Counted from the stretch's first letter, positions 13,471-28,222 are shown. The stretch: DNA of 64,000 nt from Mobula birostris (GCF_030028105.1 NC_092375.1:32339130-32403129); one strand, 5' to 3'. Numbers and translations: made by a program. Notes: a model not told the origin generated them from the letters alone.

Positions 13471-14918
13471 CTCTAGAATTTTTTAAAAAATGATCTAAGG
13501 TTTTTAAAAAATGAACTATTCTCATTATCTGATGGCACAAAGGAAAGGGAAACACAAGTTTAAGTTTTGCATAATAATTACAGGGGAGGAGGCGAGGAAG
13601 AACATTTTTTACAGTGAGCGGAAATGGTCTAGAACTTGTTGCATACAAGAGTGGTGAAAACAAATACTATTAATGATTACGGGATAATAGTGAGGCAAGT
13701 ACATAGAACATTTAGGAGGTACTTGGACAAGTACGTAAATAGGAAAGGTTTAAATGGATATGGGCCAAACCCTGGCAAGCAGGACTAGCTTGGACAGGGC
13801 ATCTGGGTCATACTGGACCAAAGTTTCAGGACGATGTTGCTTGTCTTAAAACTAGCAATGTTTCCAATCTACATGACACGGAGTGAATGGATTATTGGCT
13901 CCATAGAATTCCTGGGCTGAATCTTGTTCCTCTCCACTGTAATGAATTTATGACTTGAATCTTGTCCCTTCATATTTCTAATATCCTTTCAGTGAAGATG
14001 TGTTTCCTAACATTGCTCTTGAATGGCATATCCGAAACTTTCAGATTATGTGCCTATATTTTGCTTCCAAGAGAAAAATGTCTCACCTTTCACTTTCTCT
14101 CACATTTCTAAAGTTTCAGTCATCCCCAACATTCTGTATTACAAGGGCTAAATCCCCTTTTTACTCTGTTTTCCTTCTGCTGTATATCCTTCCTAAATGC
14201 AATTCTGCAGTCACTATTCAGTTTTGCACAAGTCACAGCAATCTAACTGGACACTAACAAGAGACATCTTCTGCCAATGAAGAGGAAATATTACATATTA
14301 AATCAACATTAATCCAATATATTTGACAGCTTTTCGGACTCAAGACCATTCATGCATCCACCAGAAAGAATGTTTTAATTATTTGAAGCAATCAAACTGA
14401 ATACATTTATATATGAATTTGAGAGAACAAAGCCATGCATTATTTTTCAAAATTTGAACTGAAGCACAGAAAACAGAGTATAAAGTGTAATTTATGTTAG
14501 TCATGCAAGAGCAGAAATCTCTAGCAAAAGCACTGTCACTTGGAAATGATCAGCTACTTCATCCAGATAACCATTCTTTATTTGTAAGCCTGGCTAGGCT
14601 GATTGATATATTCCTATGCTCTAGAATGAATCACTGGATAATAATAAGTAGTTCTGATGTTACTACCCCTTTCATAATCACTAAATTGAGGCCATCACCA
14701 CATCAACACATCTTGAGAATCAAAAGTATTTTCTTCTGGTGTGTATAATTTAGAAGAAAACAAACAGCAAATTTATGCAGAGGAACTGGGGCAATGTTAT
14801 GTTTATGATGATCAAAGAGCTGATTATCCCATTGTCACCATCAGCAAATTATAACAGAAGTCATTTTTAAATACTGAAAGCTCTAAAAATAAGCTTAATA
14901 TTTTCTCCAAATGGATTA

Positions 14919-15170
<252 letters not shown>

Positions 15171-16622
15171 TTACTAATAGGAATTAGAACACTTATCAGG
15201 AATAATTGATTCATTTCAGTCTGTAGAAATACATTAAACTATCAGCAGACTAATCTTACCAATACTTGCAACACTTTAGCACTGGCTGACTTAGAAGTGG
15301 CAGAAAAGAATATAATCCAATATTAATGTCACTTGTAAGGATTAGAAAGTGGCTGGAACAATAAATAAAACCATATTTCTTATGTTGAAATTTGAGAAGC
15401 TATAACAATTGTGTATGGCAAATATAACTGGAAATACATTTGTAGTATTTGAAATTAAACGGAGGCAATTTCTATAGCCTTTCTTAAGATGCTCTCTCTA
15501 TAGCACTGTCTGGTTCATTGAGAGCTTTCCAGCATTCTTTTTTATGCTTATTTTCCACATACACAGAATTCTGGTTTGTTTGAGTGGAAAGGCAGTGGCA
15601 AATCAAAGTCCATGAATGCTATTTCTACTATCATCAACTTGGAATACAAGAACTGTTTTCTGTATGGGAATTAATTTTCACTTAGATACCTCTAAACAGT
15701 TTTAAATTTCTCACCAGTTAAAAAAATCTGCCTATTTTTCCACATTACATTCCACACACCATATTGTCAATGGACATAGCCTTGTCCATATCTCCCAGAT
15801 CCTCTCCACACTCTCAACTCACATTGCCATTCAGTCTTGCATCAAGAATAAACCTGGATATGTAACACCTGATCGCCTCATGCAAATCATTAAAATTAAA
15901 AGCGAACAGCTAAGTCCTATGCACCAATCCCCTTGACACTCTTCTGCTCATAGCCTCCCAACACGAGAATGATATGCTTATGTCTACATTCTGAAGTACG
16001 CTTGTTAACTAATCCTCAAATCACATTAATATATTATGCAGATCAATGTGCAGATCTACATTTTTTGTTGATGAATATTATAGAGTATTCCTTATTTTCT
16101 TCTGCCTCACACTGCTACATATGCAACATCAATAATTTTTGATGACATGCTTCCAAGTTGCAAGAAACCAATGCTGAGTCTATTATTATTTCACATTATA
16201 CTAGCTTGATTTAAACTTGGAAGAATGTGGCCAAAAAATTTTCAAGTCACATATGGAACATAGAAGGTTTAAAGGAAAAAGTACACAGGAGTTTCAGCAC
16301 GATGTTACCCGGACTGGAGAACTTGAGTTAAGGGGGGGAAGGGACAGAGTAAATAGGATTGATTCGTTTTCCTTGGAGCAAAGGAGGCTGAGGGGTGACC
16401 TGAAAGAGGTATGCATAGATTCAGTAGAGAAAGCATTTTTCCCCACAGTAGTGGCATCAAAAACAAGATGGAAGATTCAAATGATTCTGAGTAAAAGTTT
16501 TTAACACTCAGAGATAGCTGATATCTGCCGTCAGACGATGTGGTAGGATCAGATAGTCAGTACATTTATCATGCATTTAGACACAGGCACTCGCAGGATT
16601 CAAATCTAATTGAGGTAAATGG

Positions 16623-17188
16623 CAGACATCCCACCCTGCAAAAACTCATTTCAGGGAGGTAGCACCATCAATTGCGGGAGACTTCCGGGAGAGGTGGGAT
16701 GTCTGCAATAAAGTAGCTCCTTAGCAGCTGGCCAGCTAGTTTAAATAACGTTAGCTATGCCAATGAACGAATGACACCTGTTAAACTCACCTCAACATTT
16801 CTTTTACAGTCTTAACCCACCATGGGCAATAGAAAAGTCACTGTTGCAAACAGTGCAGCGAGCAACACTGTCATCATTTTGATCCCTATTAGGTAGGGGT
16901 ACACTTTAGTGTAGTCTGGGGTGACGTACGTTTTTTTTTGGAACACTCTGCAGTGGCGCACTCTCTCTCTCTCTCTCTCTCTCGTGGTCGCTCGCGTGCT
17001 CTCAAGCGCTCTCGTTTGCTTTCTCTCTCGCTCTCTCTCGTGGTCGCTCTCGCGCTCTCTCTTGCTTTTCTCTCACTCGCTCTCAAAAAAATTGATTTCC
17101 GTGATATTGTATATAATTTGTGGGCATCAGGGAGTCATTACTAATATGTGGGAGACTCTCGGAAGTTCCAGGAGAGGTGGGATGTCTG
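16623..17188. mobile_element. Non-autonomous DNA transposon/MITE with 13-bp TIRs inserted in a CR1 3' fragment
   Basis: CAGACATCCCACC (16623) and GGTGGGATGTCTG (17176-17188), flanking AAATGG direct repeats, an extra internal TIR copy at 16693-16705, and an internal CT-rich microsatellite. Confidence 0.8.
16960..17083. repeat. Degenerate (CT)n/(CTCG) microsatellite
   Basis: Directly visible CT runs inside the MITE. Confidence 0.9.
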
Positions 17189-18309
17189 AAATGGGATTAG
17201 ATGGATAGGCAAAAGGCTGGTATGGATATGGTGGGCCAAGAAACCTGTATTTGTGTTGTATGACTCTGATGATAAAAATTTGCAGTTGAATGTAGGTGGA
17301 AAGATATAGAAAAGTGGCAGCTGTTATTTACTGCACAGAATAAGGTGAGAATAAACTTTCACTCACAATTATATATTGCAGTGCATAATCGAGATTAAGT
17401 TGTTGAAGGATCGAGATTAAAACCAAGAATACAAGTACACGTCCTTAAATGCCTGACAACTATAGGACAGTTCTGATTAATAAGTTTGCTTTGTATAGCT
17501 TTCGATGAAGACAAGGGAAATAGACAAAAACTCAACACTGCAAAACAAGTCTATAGTATCTTTGGGTTTTGTGGATATTGGCAAAAATATAGAACAAAGA
17601 TGCAACAACAACTTTACAAAGTAAGCATTAGGGCATAGTGCACAGCGTGTGGTTTTACATACATTTTAGGGAAGAGCATTAAAACCACACTGTTAATGCA
17701 AATTTATCAGTGAGGAACCATGATTACCTGAATTTTAAGATACTGGAGCAATTTCAACCACAACTCACATCAAGAGAATATTTCACCAAAATCATTTATG
17801 AAGAATTTTGTTATAATGAATAATAGTTGATTGAGTATACAAATTTCAATGCGATTTAGATTATCTGTATTTATTTATTACTTGCACATTGAAACATAGT
17901 GAAATTTCTAGCGTGCATTAACAATCAACACAACCCAAGAATGTGCTGGAGGAAGCCTGCAAAATACAGTAAGATTCATTTTTCCCTACAAGTTGATGAA
18001 CCATGAATTGTTCTGTCACAGGGAACAATTAGGGACAGCACCTATTGAATCTTTCAGTATAAAAGCAGCTAGGTATTTGAAGCTTTGAAAAGTCAATGAA
18101 AAAGGAAGCAGATTTATTTTGAAGTACTCTTTCTGAAAGCCAAAGAACTCCCACATTGCTGTGAATTTCTTTACTTTCACTGAATGTGCCTCCAACGATC
18201 AGTCACTTATGCATTAATACATTTCCAATGAATGCTGCAATTTCTCTTTAAACAGATGTTGCCATTAAAAGATTCTGATCAAGAATCTTAGAATAACAAA
18301 TACTTTGAA

Positions 18310-19540
18310 TAAGAACATAAGAACTTAAGAAGTAGGAGCAGGAGTAGACCACCCAGCCTGTTGAGCATGCTCTGCCATTCAATAAGATCATGGCTGATCT
18401 GATCATCTCCACCTTTTCCCTAGAACCCTTAACTCCACTACTATGCAAAAATCTATCCAACCTTGTCTTAAATATACTTACTGAGGTAGCCTCTACTGCT
18501 TCATTGGGGGCAGAGAATTCCACAGATTCACCACTATGGAAAAGCAGTTCCTCCTCATCTCCATCCTAAATTTACTCCCCTGAATCTTGAGGCTATGTCC
18601 CCTAGTTCTAGGCTCACCTATCAGTGGAAACAATTTACCTGCCTCTATTTTATCTATCTCTTTCATAATGTTAATGTTTCTATAAGATCTCCTCCCATTC
18701 TTCTGAATTCCAGTGAGTACAGTCCCAGGCGATTCAATCTTACCTCATAGTCCAACCCCCTCATCTCTGGAATCATACTGGTGAACCTCCTCTGCACCGC
18801 CTCCAAAGCTAGTATATCCTTCCTCAAGTAAGGAGAGCAGAACTGCATGCAGTACTCCAGATGTGGCCTCACCAGTACCCTGTACAGTTGCAGCATAACC
18901 TCCTCGCTCTTAAATTCAATCCCTCTAGCAATGAAGGCCAACATTCCATTTGCCTTCTTGATAGCCGCTCCATCTGCAAACCAACCTTTTGTGATTCATG
19001 CACAAGCACTCCCAAGTCCTTCTGCACAGCAGCATGCTGCAATTTTCTACCATTTAAATAATCTGATCTTCCATTTTTCCTTCCAAAGTGGATGACCTAG
19101 CATTTACCAACATTGTACTCCATCTACCAGACCCTTACCCACTTACTTAACCTATCTATATCCCTCTGCAGACTCTCCATATCCTCTGCAGTGTTTGCTT
19201 TTCCACTCAATTTAGTATAATCAGCAAACTTAGATACACTGCACTCAGTCTCCTCCTCATGATTGTTAATGTATATGGTGAACAGTTAGGGATCCAGTAC
19301 TGACTCCTGTGGCACACTGCTCACCACTGACTGCCAACCAGAAAATCACCCATGTATCCCAATTCTATTGGTTAACCAATCCCCCATCCATACTAATACA
19401 TCACCCCCAACTCGATGCATTCTTATCTTATGAACGTCTTTTATGTGGCACCTGATCAAATGCCTTCTGGAAATCCAAGTAAATAATGTCCATCTGTTCC
19501 TCTCTACCGTTATATCCTCAAAGAACTCCAGTAAGGTTGT
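18310..19540 (-). mobile_element. CR1 LINE 3' portion
   Basis: MLAFIARGIEFKS...RPHLEYC...QRRFT; 3' tail near 18310-18330. Confidence 0.9.
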
Positions 19541-20221
19541 TAAAAGATACTGTTAAAAGAGAAATGTTAAATTATATGGGGAGCAAAACCAGGCTGAGCT
19601 TCACAGAGAAAACCACTAACGGAGTCTAGCATTAAAAGCAGAAAGTGCTAGATAAATAAAGCAGATTGGACAGCACTGTATCCATTAGAAGTCCACTAGC
19701 TCACATAATTATCTTGATTGCATCGCCCACAATGCTTCTCAGAAGAATATTTCATTTTCCAATTTTTCCATCTCTTCTGTAACTGTTCTGAAGGATTTGC
19801 ACACAAGTGCTTCTGAAGAGTCTTCCTTTTTTCTTCACTCTGGCTTCCCGGTTTCGTAATTTTCATGGCTCTCAACCTTGCTCATACTCCATTCCCCGCA
19901 CTTTGTTTTCATCTTCTCTTTCCTCGCTAGAACAAGGACATTGGTCTCTTATCAGCTTTTCATTCCAGCAGCCTTCTCGCTCAATAAAATGTTTTTTATA
20001 ACAAAGTTCAAAGTAAAGTTATTATCACAGTTCATATATTTCACCATATACAAACCTGAGATTCATTTTACACTATCTTAAGAGGGATTCTACCATCAGG
20101 TACACTACTTTCTAATACGATCATTCTCTTCCTGACTCATTGCATCTCCACAAACCACTCCTGCAAAACCTGTCCTTTAACTTCACTCCTTCCCACCATT
20201 TAGGATCTCAAATAAACATTT

Positions 20222-20415
20222 CAGGCAGCCTTTCTCAACCCTTTTTTTGCCTTGGAGGAACCCTTTAAATAATTTTCAGGTCTCAGAGAACCCCTGCATA
20301 AAAATGATTAAATCTACAGCTCACGGTATGTTAGTGTGATCAGTAAGTTGGAGATGTAATACTACAAAAATAATTGTTAATGTTCTGTTGAGTACAGAAT
20401 TAATTTTTAGCCAAC
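20222..20415. mobile_element. hAT-Charlie-like terminal fragment truncated by the adjacent CR1
   Basis: Starts with CAGCCTTTCTCAACCCTTTTT...GGAACCC, typical of Charlie-type ends. No partner TIR was found. Confidence 0.45.
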
Positions 20416-22386
20416 CTAAAGAAAAGCTTACAAAAGGTTCAGAGGGCTAGGTAATGTTAAGAGATCCAGAAGATTATAAGGCTAACAGGAAGGAGCTTAA
20501 AAAGGAAATTATTTGGAGAGCCAGAAGGGGCCATGAGAAGGCCTTGGCGGGCAGGATTAAGGAAAACCCCAAGGCATCCTACAAGAATGTGAAGAGCAAG
20601 AGGATAAGACGTGAAAGAATAGGACCTATCAACTGTGACAGTGGGAAAGTGTGTATGGAACCAGAGGAAATAGCAGAGGTACTTAATGAATACTTCACTT
20701 CAGTATTCACTATAGAAAGGGATCTTGGTGATTATAGTGATGACTTGCAGCAGACTGAAAAGCTTGAGCATGTAGATATTAAGAAAGAGGATGTGCTGGC
20801 GCTTTTGGAAAGCATCAAGTTGGATAAGTCTCCGGGACCGGATGAGATGTAACCCAGGCTACTGTGGGAGGCGAGGGAGGAGATTGCTGAGCCTCTGGCG
20901 ATGAGCTTTGAATCATCAATGGGGATGGAAGAGGTTCCGGAGGATTGGAGGGTTGCGGATGTTGTTCCTTTATTCAAGAAAGGGAGTAGAGATAGCCCAG
21001 GAAATTATAGACCAGTGAGTCTTACTTCAGTGGTTGGTAAGCTGATGGAGAAGATCCTGAGAGGCAGAATTTATGAACATTTGGAGGGGTATAATATGAT
21101 TAGGAATAGTCAGCATGGCTTTGTGAAGAGCAGGTCGTGTCTTACGAGCCTGACTGAATTTTTTGAGGATGTGACTAAACATATTGATGAAGGTAGAGCA
21201 GTAGATGTGGTGTATATGGATTTCAGCAAGGCATTTGATAAGGTACCTCATCGAAGGCTTATTGAGAAAGTAAGGAGGCATGGGATCCAAGGGGACATTG
21301 GTTTGTGGATCCAGAACTGGCTTGCCCTCAGAAGGCAAAGAGTGGTTGTAGACAGGTCAAGTTCTACATGGAGGTCAGTGACTAGTGGTGTGCCTCAGGG
21401 ATCTGTTCTGGGATCCTTACACTTCGTGATTTCTATAAATGACCTGGATGAGGAAGTGGAGGGATGGGTTAGTAAGTTTACTGATGACACAAAGGTTGGA
21501 GGTATTGTGGATAGTGTGGAGGGCTGTCAGAGGTTACAGCGGGACATTGATAGAATGTAAAACTAGGCTGAGAAGTGGCAGATGGAGTTCAACCCAGATA
21601 AGTATAAGGTGGTTCATTTTGGTAGGTCAAATATGATGGCAGGATATAGTATTAATGGTAAGACTCTTGGCAGTGTGGAAGATCAGAGGCATCTTGGGGT
21701 CCGAGTCCATAGGACACTCAAAGCAGCTGCGCAGGTTGACTCCGTGGTTAAGAAGGTATACGGTGTATTGGCCTTCATTAATCGTGGAATTGAATTTAGG
21801 AGCCGAGAGGTAATGTTGCAGCTATAGAGGACCCTGGTCAGACCCCAGTTGGAGTACTGTGCTCAGTTCTGGTTACCTCACTACAGGAAGGATGTGGAAG
21901 CCATAGAAAGGGTATAGAGGAGATTTACAAGGATGTTGCCTGGATTGGGGAGCATTCCTTACGAAAACAGGTTGAGTGAACTTGGCCTTTTCTCCATGGT
22001 GCGACGAGGATGAGAGGTGACCTGATAGAGGTGTATAAGATGATGAGAGGCATCGATTGTGTGGATAGTCAGAGGCTTTTTTCCCAGGGCTGAAATGGTT
22101 GCACAAGAGGACACAGGTTTAAGGTGCTGGGGAGTAGGTACAGACGAGATGTCAGGGGTAAGTTTTATTTTACGCAGAGAGTGGCGAGTGCATGGAATAG
22201 GCTGCCGGCAACGGTGGTGGAAGCGGATATGACAGGGTCTTTTAAGAGACTTTTGGATTGGTACATGGAACTTAGAAAAATAGAGGGCTATGGGTAAGCC
22301 TAGTAACTTCTAAGGTAGGGACATGTTCGGCACAACTTTGTGGGCTGAAAGGCCTGTATTGTGCTGTAGGTTTTCTATGTTTCTAT
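20416..22386 (+). mobile_element. CR1 LINE, 5'-truncated, young subfamily
   Basis: ORFs 20454..20852, 20901..21560 and 21582..21827 reconstruct the RT domain (GVPQGSVLG, KFTDDTKV) with a few stops; tail ttctatgtttcta. Confidence 0.95.
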
Positions 22387-23807
22387 AATTTTATCTTCTG
22401 TTTTGGCACATTGGAGCTTTCAAGTCTTCCTACTGAATTCAACTATTTCAAATAATTTCCTTTTTTAGTTTGTATTGAAATGAGCCAGTTCATTTGCAAA
22501 TTATCCATCTGTAAGATGAGATCGGATGTTTTTGTCTTTCCACAGACACTACCTGATATGGACATTTCTGGAATGTGTTTGGCTTCAGGTTCAGCAACAA
22601 TGCTTAGCTGCATTTCACAACTTTACACATACCTATTTGCTTTCTTGGCCCCCAGTTGTGCATACTAATTTATTAACCAGACACCTTGTAAACTTCAGAA
22701 TTACTTCAAAAAACCTGACCACCTACCAGACATACTCCCTTTGTCCCATCTATTACTCCCACAACCTCTTTGGAACTTAAACCTAGCTTGCTTTGTCACA
22801 TTTTGAGTTCTGACAGAAGAAATGAAACAAAAACTCCGCTTCTCATGCTGTCTGATTTGCTGCATGTTTCCACCATTTTCTGTTCTTATTTCTGTTTCTA
22901 GCCTCTGCAGCTTTTTGATAATTAAAGAATGTTTCAAGTTTGGTTCTAGTCTGAACAGGATACCCATTCAGGCTAAAAGGAATTGGAGGCAGCAAGAAGA
23001 AAAAGGCCCAAGAAAAGAGTAACAATTAGTAATCACTAACAGATGCAACAACTCATATTTGCACAGCATCTTTACAATAGCAAAATATTCAAAGGTTCTT
23101 TCCAGGAGCATAAGTAAACACAGTCTCCAATTCCATTTCAAAGCTTGGTTGCAACAGTCCAGCAAATGATTTCAGAGACTATCAAAAGTCTATAATCTCA
23201 AAAGAGTATAGATACCTGTAAGAAATGTGATGCTGGAAGAAATCGCAAAGGAGCAGCAAGATCACAGAACAACTTGAAAATGAAGTTGCTCCTGGTATGG
23301 TAAACGGTATGTTCCTGGTGCAGGTCGCTGGGAGTAGGCCGTACAAATTGTTCAGCATTAGCTAGATGGGCTGAAGGACCTGTTACTGTGTTTTCTATGA
23401 CTATGAAAGGGAAAGTTTACATCAAATTGTTTAACCAGGAGCCAGTGAGTGTATTTATAAAGGTAACTTTGGAATCCAATGAGACTATTAAACTGAAGGC
23501 TGTCTGGTTCAGTCTCAAACTTGAATGTGGAAGCAGCGCTTGTAGTAGAAACCAAAGAAAATAGATTTGAAATATTTAGCTGGAAGAAATATTTTCACAC
23601 CCAACATTAAATGTTATGCAACGAAACATTCTTCTCTCCTTCTTCCCAGGAAATACTCATCTGAAGTAGTAGGAAGGCAAAATAAATGATGCTGGCAGAC
23701 TTGGGAATACCGATGACAAATTGTGAGTTATATTCAAGTAGTAAATGCTCCATTGTAATGACCTCACCTATGTGGTTGAGTAACTTTGTATCACTCATCT
23801 TTTAGAT

Positions 23808-25775
23808 CAGGGTCCCCAACCCTTTTTGCACTGCGGACCGGTTTATTATTGACAATATTCTTGCGGACTAGCCGGTCGGGGGGGGGGGGGGGGGTAGGGT
23901 TGCCAACGGACAAGAGTAGCAGTCAAATACATTGTGTTTAGCCCAAGAAAGACTACCACGACCATGCGGACACCTATGCGCATGTGTGTATATGCCGATT
24001 TTTTTCCTACAAATAGTTTCTGGCGATTCTGTTTGGGGGGGGGGTAGAGTGTTACACGACTGGAGTATAGGTGATAAGTGGCTAATACACTCAATTTCGT
24101 TTCTAAAAGGGTTTATCTAACGAATTTAATATTAAACACACAGTGCATATTTTCCTCGCATGAATATAGTGATAAGTCAGTTATCAGGGGAGCTTGAAGT
24201 AAGTGTTGAATGAACTTCCAGTAGAAGTGGTAGAGGCAGGTTCGATATTATCATTTAAAGAAAAGTTGGATAGGTATATGGACAGGAAAGGAATGGAGGG
24301 TATGGGCTGAGTGCAGGTCGGTGGGACTAGGTGAGAGTAGCGTTCGGCACGGACTAGAAGGGCAGAGATCGCCTGTTTCCGAGCTGTAATTGTTATATGG
24401 TTATATAAGTCACTTACAAGTCAATATCATAACATTTTAAGTAACGTTTGGATATATTTTCCCCGTATGAACATATAAAATCGTTGCAACACACCAATAT
24501 CGCTGAATCAGTGGGAGCCCTAGGCTGAGTACTTGTTCCCTGCAACAAGACGGTGCCATAGAACATAGAACAGTACAGCACAGTACAGGCCCTTCGGCCC
24601 ACAATGTTGTGCTGACTCTCAAACCCTGCCTCCCGTATAAGCCCCCCACCTTAAATTCCTCCATATACTTGTCTAGTAGTCTCTTAAACTTCACTAGTGT
24701 ATCTGCCTCCAATGACTCAGGCAGTGCATTCCATGCACCAACCACTCTCTGAGTAAAAAACCTTCCTCTAATATCCCCCTTGAACTTCCCACCCCTTACC
24801 TTAAAGCCATGTCCTCTTGTATTGAGCAGTGGTGCCCTGGGGAAGAGGCGCTGGCTATCCACTCTATCTATTCCTCTTATTATCTTGTACACCTCTATCA
24901 TGTCTCCTCTCGTCCTCCTTCTCTCCAAAGAGCAAAGCCCTAGCTCCCTTAATCTCTGATCATGATGCATACTCTCCAAACCAGGCAGCATCCTGGTAAA
25001 TCTCCTCTGTACCCTTTCCAATGCTTCCACATCTTTCCTATAGTGAGGTGACCAGAACTGGACACAGTACTCCAAGTGTGGCCTAACCAGAGTTTTACAG
25101 AGCTGCATCATTACATCGCGACTCTTAAACTCTATCCCTCGACTTATGAAAGCTAACACCCCATAAGCTTTCTTAACTACCCTATCCACCTGTGAGGCAA
25201 CTTTCAGAGATCTGTGGACATGTACCCTGAGATCCCTCTGCTCCTCCACACTACCAAGTATCCTGCCATTTACTTTGTATTCCGCCTTGGAGTTTATCCT
25301 TCCAAAGTGTACCACCTCACACTTCTCTGGGTTGAACTCCATCTGCCATCGAGGGGTGATGGGAGACAGCGATACTCGAAGGGGGTTCCTTATGTACAGT
25401 CTATTCCGCAATTTAGTTTTTGTTTCATTCATTGCAGAAAAGCCCGCTTTGCAAATATGTTGGAAATGGAAGCAACGTTTTCAGTGCTTTTGTGGCTATT
25501 TCAGGATATTTAGCCTTGACTTTGATCCAGAATGCCAGCAGAGATGTTATGTCAAACATACTTTTCAGCCCGCCATCATTTGCAATCTCGAGGAGTTGAT
25601 CTTCTTCTCACGCTGACATAGATGACGCGCGGGTAATGACCTCACGTGTGTTCAAGCTCAACAGTGGCCGTGACAGGGAGTAAGGAAAGCTGCAGCTGAC
25701 TCATATGGACAAATCATATCGTTTCCTCGCAGCCCAGTAGCACATGCTTCGCAGCCCGGTGGTTGGGGACCGCTG
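23808..25775 (-). mobile_element. hAT-Charlie/Buster-type non-autonomous DNA transposon with transposase C-terminal remnant
   Basis: TIRs CAGGGTCCCCAACC / GGTTGGGGACCGCTG and a perfect 8-bp TSD TTTTAGAT (23800-23807, 25776-25783). The minus strand at ~25390-25550 reads FWIKVKAKYPEIATKALKTLLPFPT..AGFSAMNETKTKLRNRL, the hAT dimerisation domain. Confidence 0.92.
24557..25349 (-). mobile_element. Young CR1 3' end nested in the hAT element
   Basis: Uninterrupted frame from WQMEFNPEKCEVVHFG to KRLLDKYM, a (TTCTATG) tail, and TGCCAT on both sides. Confidence 0.92.
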
Positions 25776-26225
25776 TTTTAGATTCATAAGATACCAATGG
25801 CCACCAAAGCCCGTAGAATAATTGCATAACACAAGTTGTCAGTTTAAGGAAGGAAAAGAAATAACCTACATTTACATTAAAAATTTACCACACAGACTGC
25901 CCAATGGCACATTAACAAATGGTCATAGTTTTGGTGGTAGTAAATTCTCCTGCCCCGGGGGAGAAAGAGATGACACAGAGCAGAGTCAGAAGACAACAAA
26001 TTGCATTAAGTTACAAGGATAATTCAAAATATAAAGTGGGGATGAGAATTTGCATCACCAGGTCTGGGAACAGCAAGCCAATTAATCAAAGGGCATGAAT
26101 GTTACAATATGTTAGATTTGTGTTTCAACAGGTACATCAGCTACCCATGAGAGAAGCTGAATTGCTAGATTAAGAAAGTTATTGGATTAATTGAACCAGG
26201 ATGTGACAAAATCATTGATCAGCAT

Positions 26226-26680
26226 TCTGACTGGCGGCATCACTGTTTGGTATGGGGGGGGGGTGCTATTGCACAAGATCGAAATAAGTTACTGAAACTT
26301 GTAAAATTAGTCAGCTCCATCATGGGTACTAGCCTCCATAGTGTCCAAGACATGTTCAAGGATTTGTGCCTTAGGAAGGTGGCGTCCATCATTAAGAATC
26401 CCCACCACCCAGGACATGCACTCTCCACATTGTTACCGTCGGGATGGAGGTACAGAAGCCTGAAACACACACGCAGCGATTCAGGAATAGATTCTTCCTC
26501 TCTGCCATCCAATTGCTAAATGGACATTGAACTCATGAACACTACTACTTTGTAACCTGTTTTTCTGCACTATTTATTTTAACGTTATTATATATTAAAA
26601 ATGTAACTCAGTTTTTTTATCAAGTATTTCACTGTACTCCTGCCATAAAGTTATGCTGGTGATATTAAATCTGATTCTGA
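26226..26680 (+). mobile_element. Rex1/Babar-type LINE 3' fragment
   Basis: KVASIIKNPHHPGHALSTLLPSG, and the tail 'aaatctgattctga'. Confidence 0.75.
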
Positions 26681-28222
26681 TATACATTGGAACAGCACTG
26701 GTAAGGACACATGCAGGTGCAGCTGCCACTGTGTCAACAAGCTGCACAGCTGACAAAGTGAACGTGAAGTTTGCAGCTCAGGGTTTAACAAGATGTCAAG
26801 GTTGTATATATCTCAGTTTAATCTGAGTTAAGGCTAGATAAGAGTGACTGTAGTGCAAACTAGGAACAACGCTAATAGTTGGCTGAAGTAGCAACCAAGC
26901 AGACAGCGAATACATGATGTGGCAATGTTAGAACAGGACTCCTCACTGTAATACCCTCCAGCCTGTGACAGCTTCCACTGCACCGAATGTGGCTCCCTCA
27001 ATACTTACAATTCGATTTATATTATAAGCAATAATGACAACAATTTTACACAGGCAACAGTATCAACAAGAGCAAATTGTGGCGCTAAAACACACTGCTG
27101 TTCATTGAATTTTGGAATTATTGGGTACTGAAACAAATCATAGCTATTGGGAATAAGTCCTTGTTGGTTATGGCAGTATTCTCACATATATTCAATTTTA
27201 TCAATATTATGATAGGCTGAGTGTGACTTGTCCACAAGATATCATAAGATATTTGGTCAAATATTGCAGGAGAAAGGGCCAAGCAAGGACAGATTAGACA
27301 AAGAGCTTGTGTAACAACAAAGCATATTAATTGAGAGATGCATTGAAACAGAGCCAGAACTATTGAATAACGAAAAAAGCGTAAAGCAATGGGATATATC
27401 AGATAGCTGACACCCCAAAGAGAAGCATACAAGAGTGTATAGGTCAAGAGTCATGAAGAAAACATATACAAGAATGGAGGCAACCAGGATGATTGTATCA
27501 TGGAAATATTATTAAAGACTCATTGGATTCAAAAATTCAGCATGGAATAATGGGTGACCCAATATGCCATTTATCACTGGCCTCAAGAAGCATCACAGTG
27601 GTCACATTTAATGGGCTATCACTCCACTACCAATTATGGCTGTGCCATATCTCAGAAAAATGTTATGTGTTATGAGTCCTGACAATTTTTTTTAATTGAA
27701 TTCCCTTGCTTACAATCGGTACTATAAAGGCTTGTTATAACTCTTCGCCTTCTTGTAGTAATCATCCACAATTTTCATACCAATAAGTATTTAATAGTGT
27801 TGTGGGCATACCAAGAAATATATGACTGCGTTTTCAACTATTGTGGGACCATATTATTTTTTAACCAGAGTGTCATGGGAAAGAATGGGTAGATTCATAA
27901 ATCTATTGAAGAGAAAATTGGAAGTGAAAAAGCGAAGGACACAACTGTGGATTTTAAACAATGTGCAACAACTGCAGAAAATAAAGCATACCGTATAAAG
28001 TAGTAGCTATATTAAGACTATAACCAAGCCAAAAACAAGAAGGAAATGTGAATGGTCCAGGCTTCATAACATTAAAAATTGATGTTTCAAGGAAAGTGGA
28101 CTGAAGCATGCATAAATCCTATTTGTTTAGTTTATCAACAGTCGTGTCATGCTTTTAACTGTTGTAATTTAGAGCTTAAATACTGTTCATGCAAATTTCA
28201 GAGAAAATTGCTCACTGGTACT

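Noticed and set aside
16889-17208. Arg/Glu-rich and Leu/Ser-rich ORFs
   Set aside because: They are translations of a CT microsatellite inside a MITE.
24437-25432. Longest ORF in the track (331 aa) as a novel hAT-RT fusion gene
   Set aside because: It is a chance in-frame read-through from a hAT transposase remnant into a nested CR1 3' end and out into hAT internal sequence. It has no catalytic RT core and no promoter or splice support.
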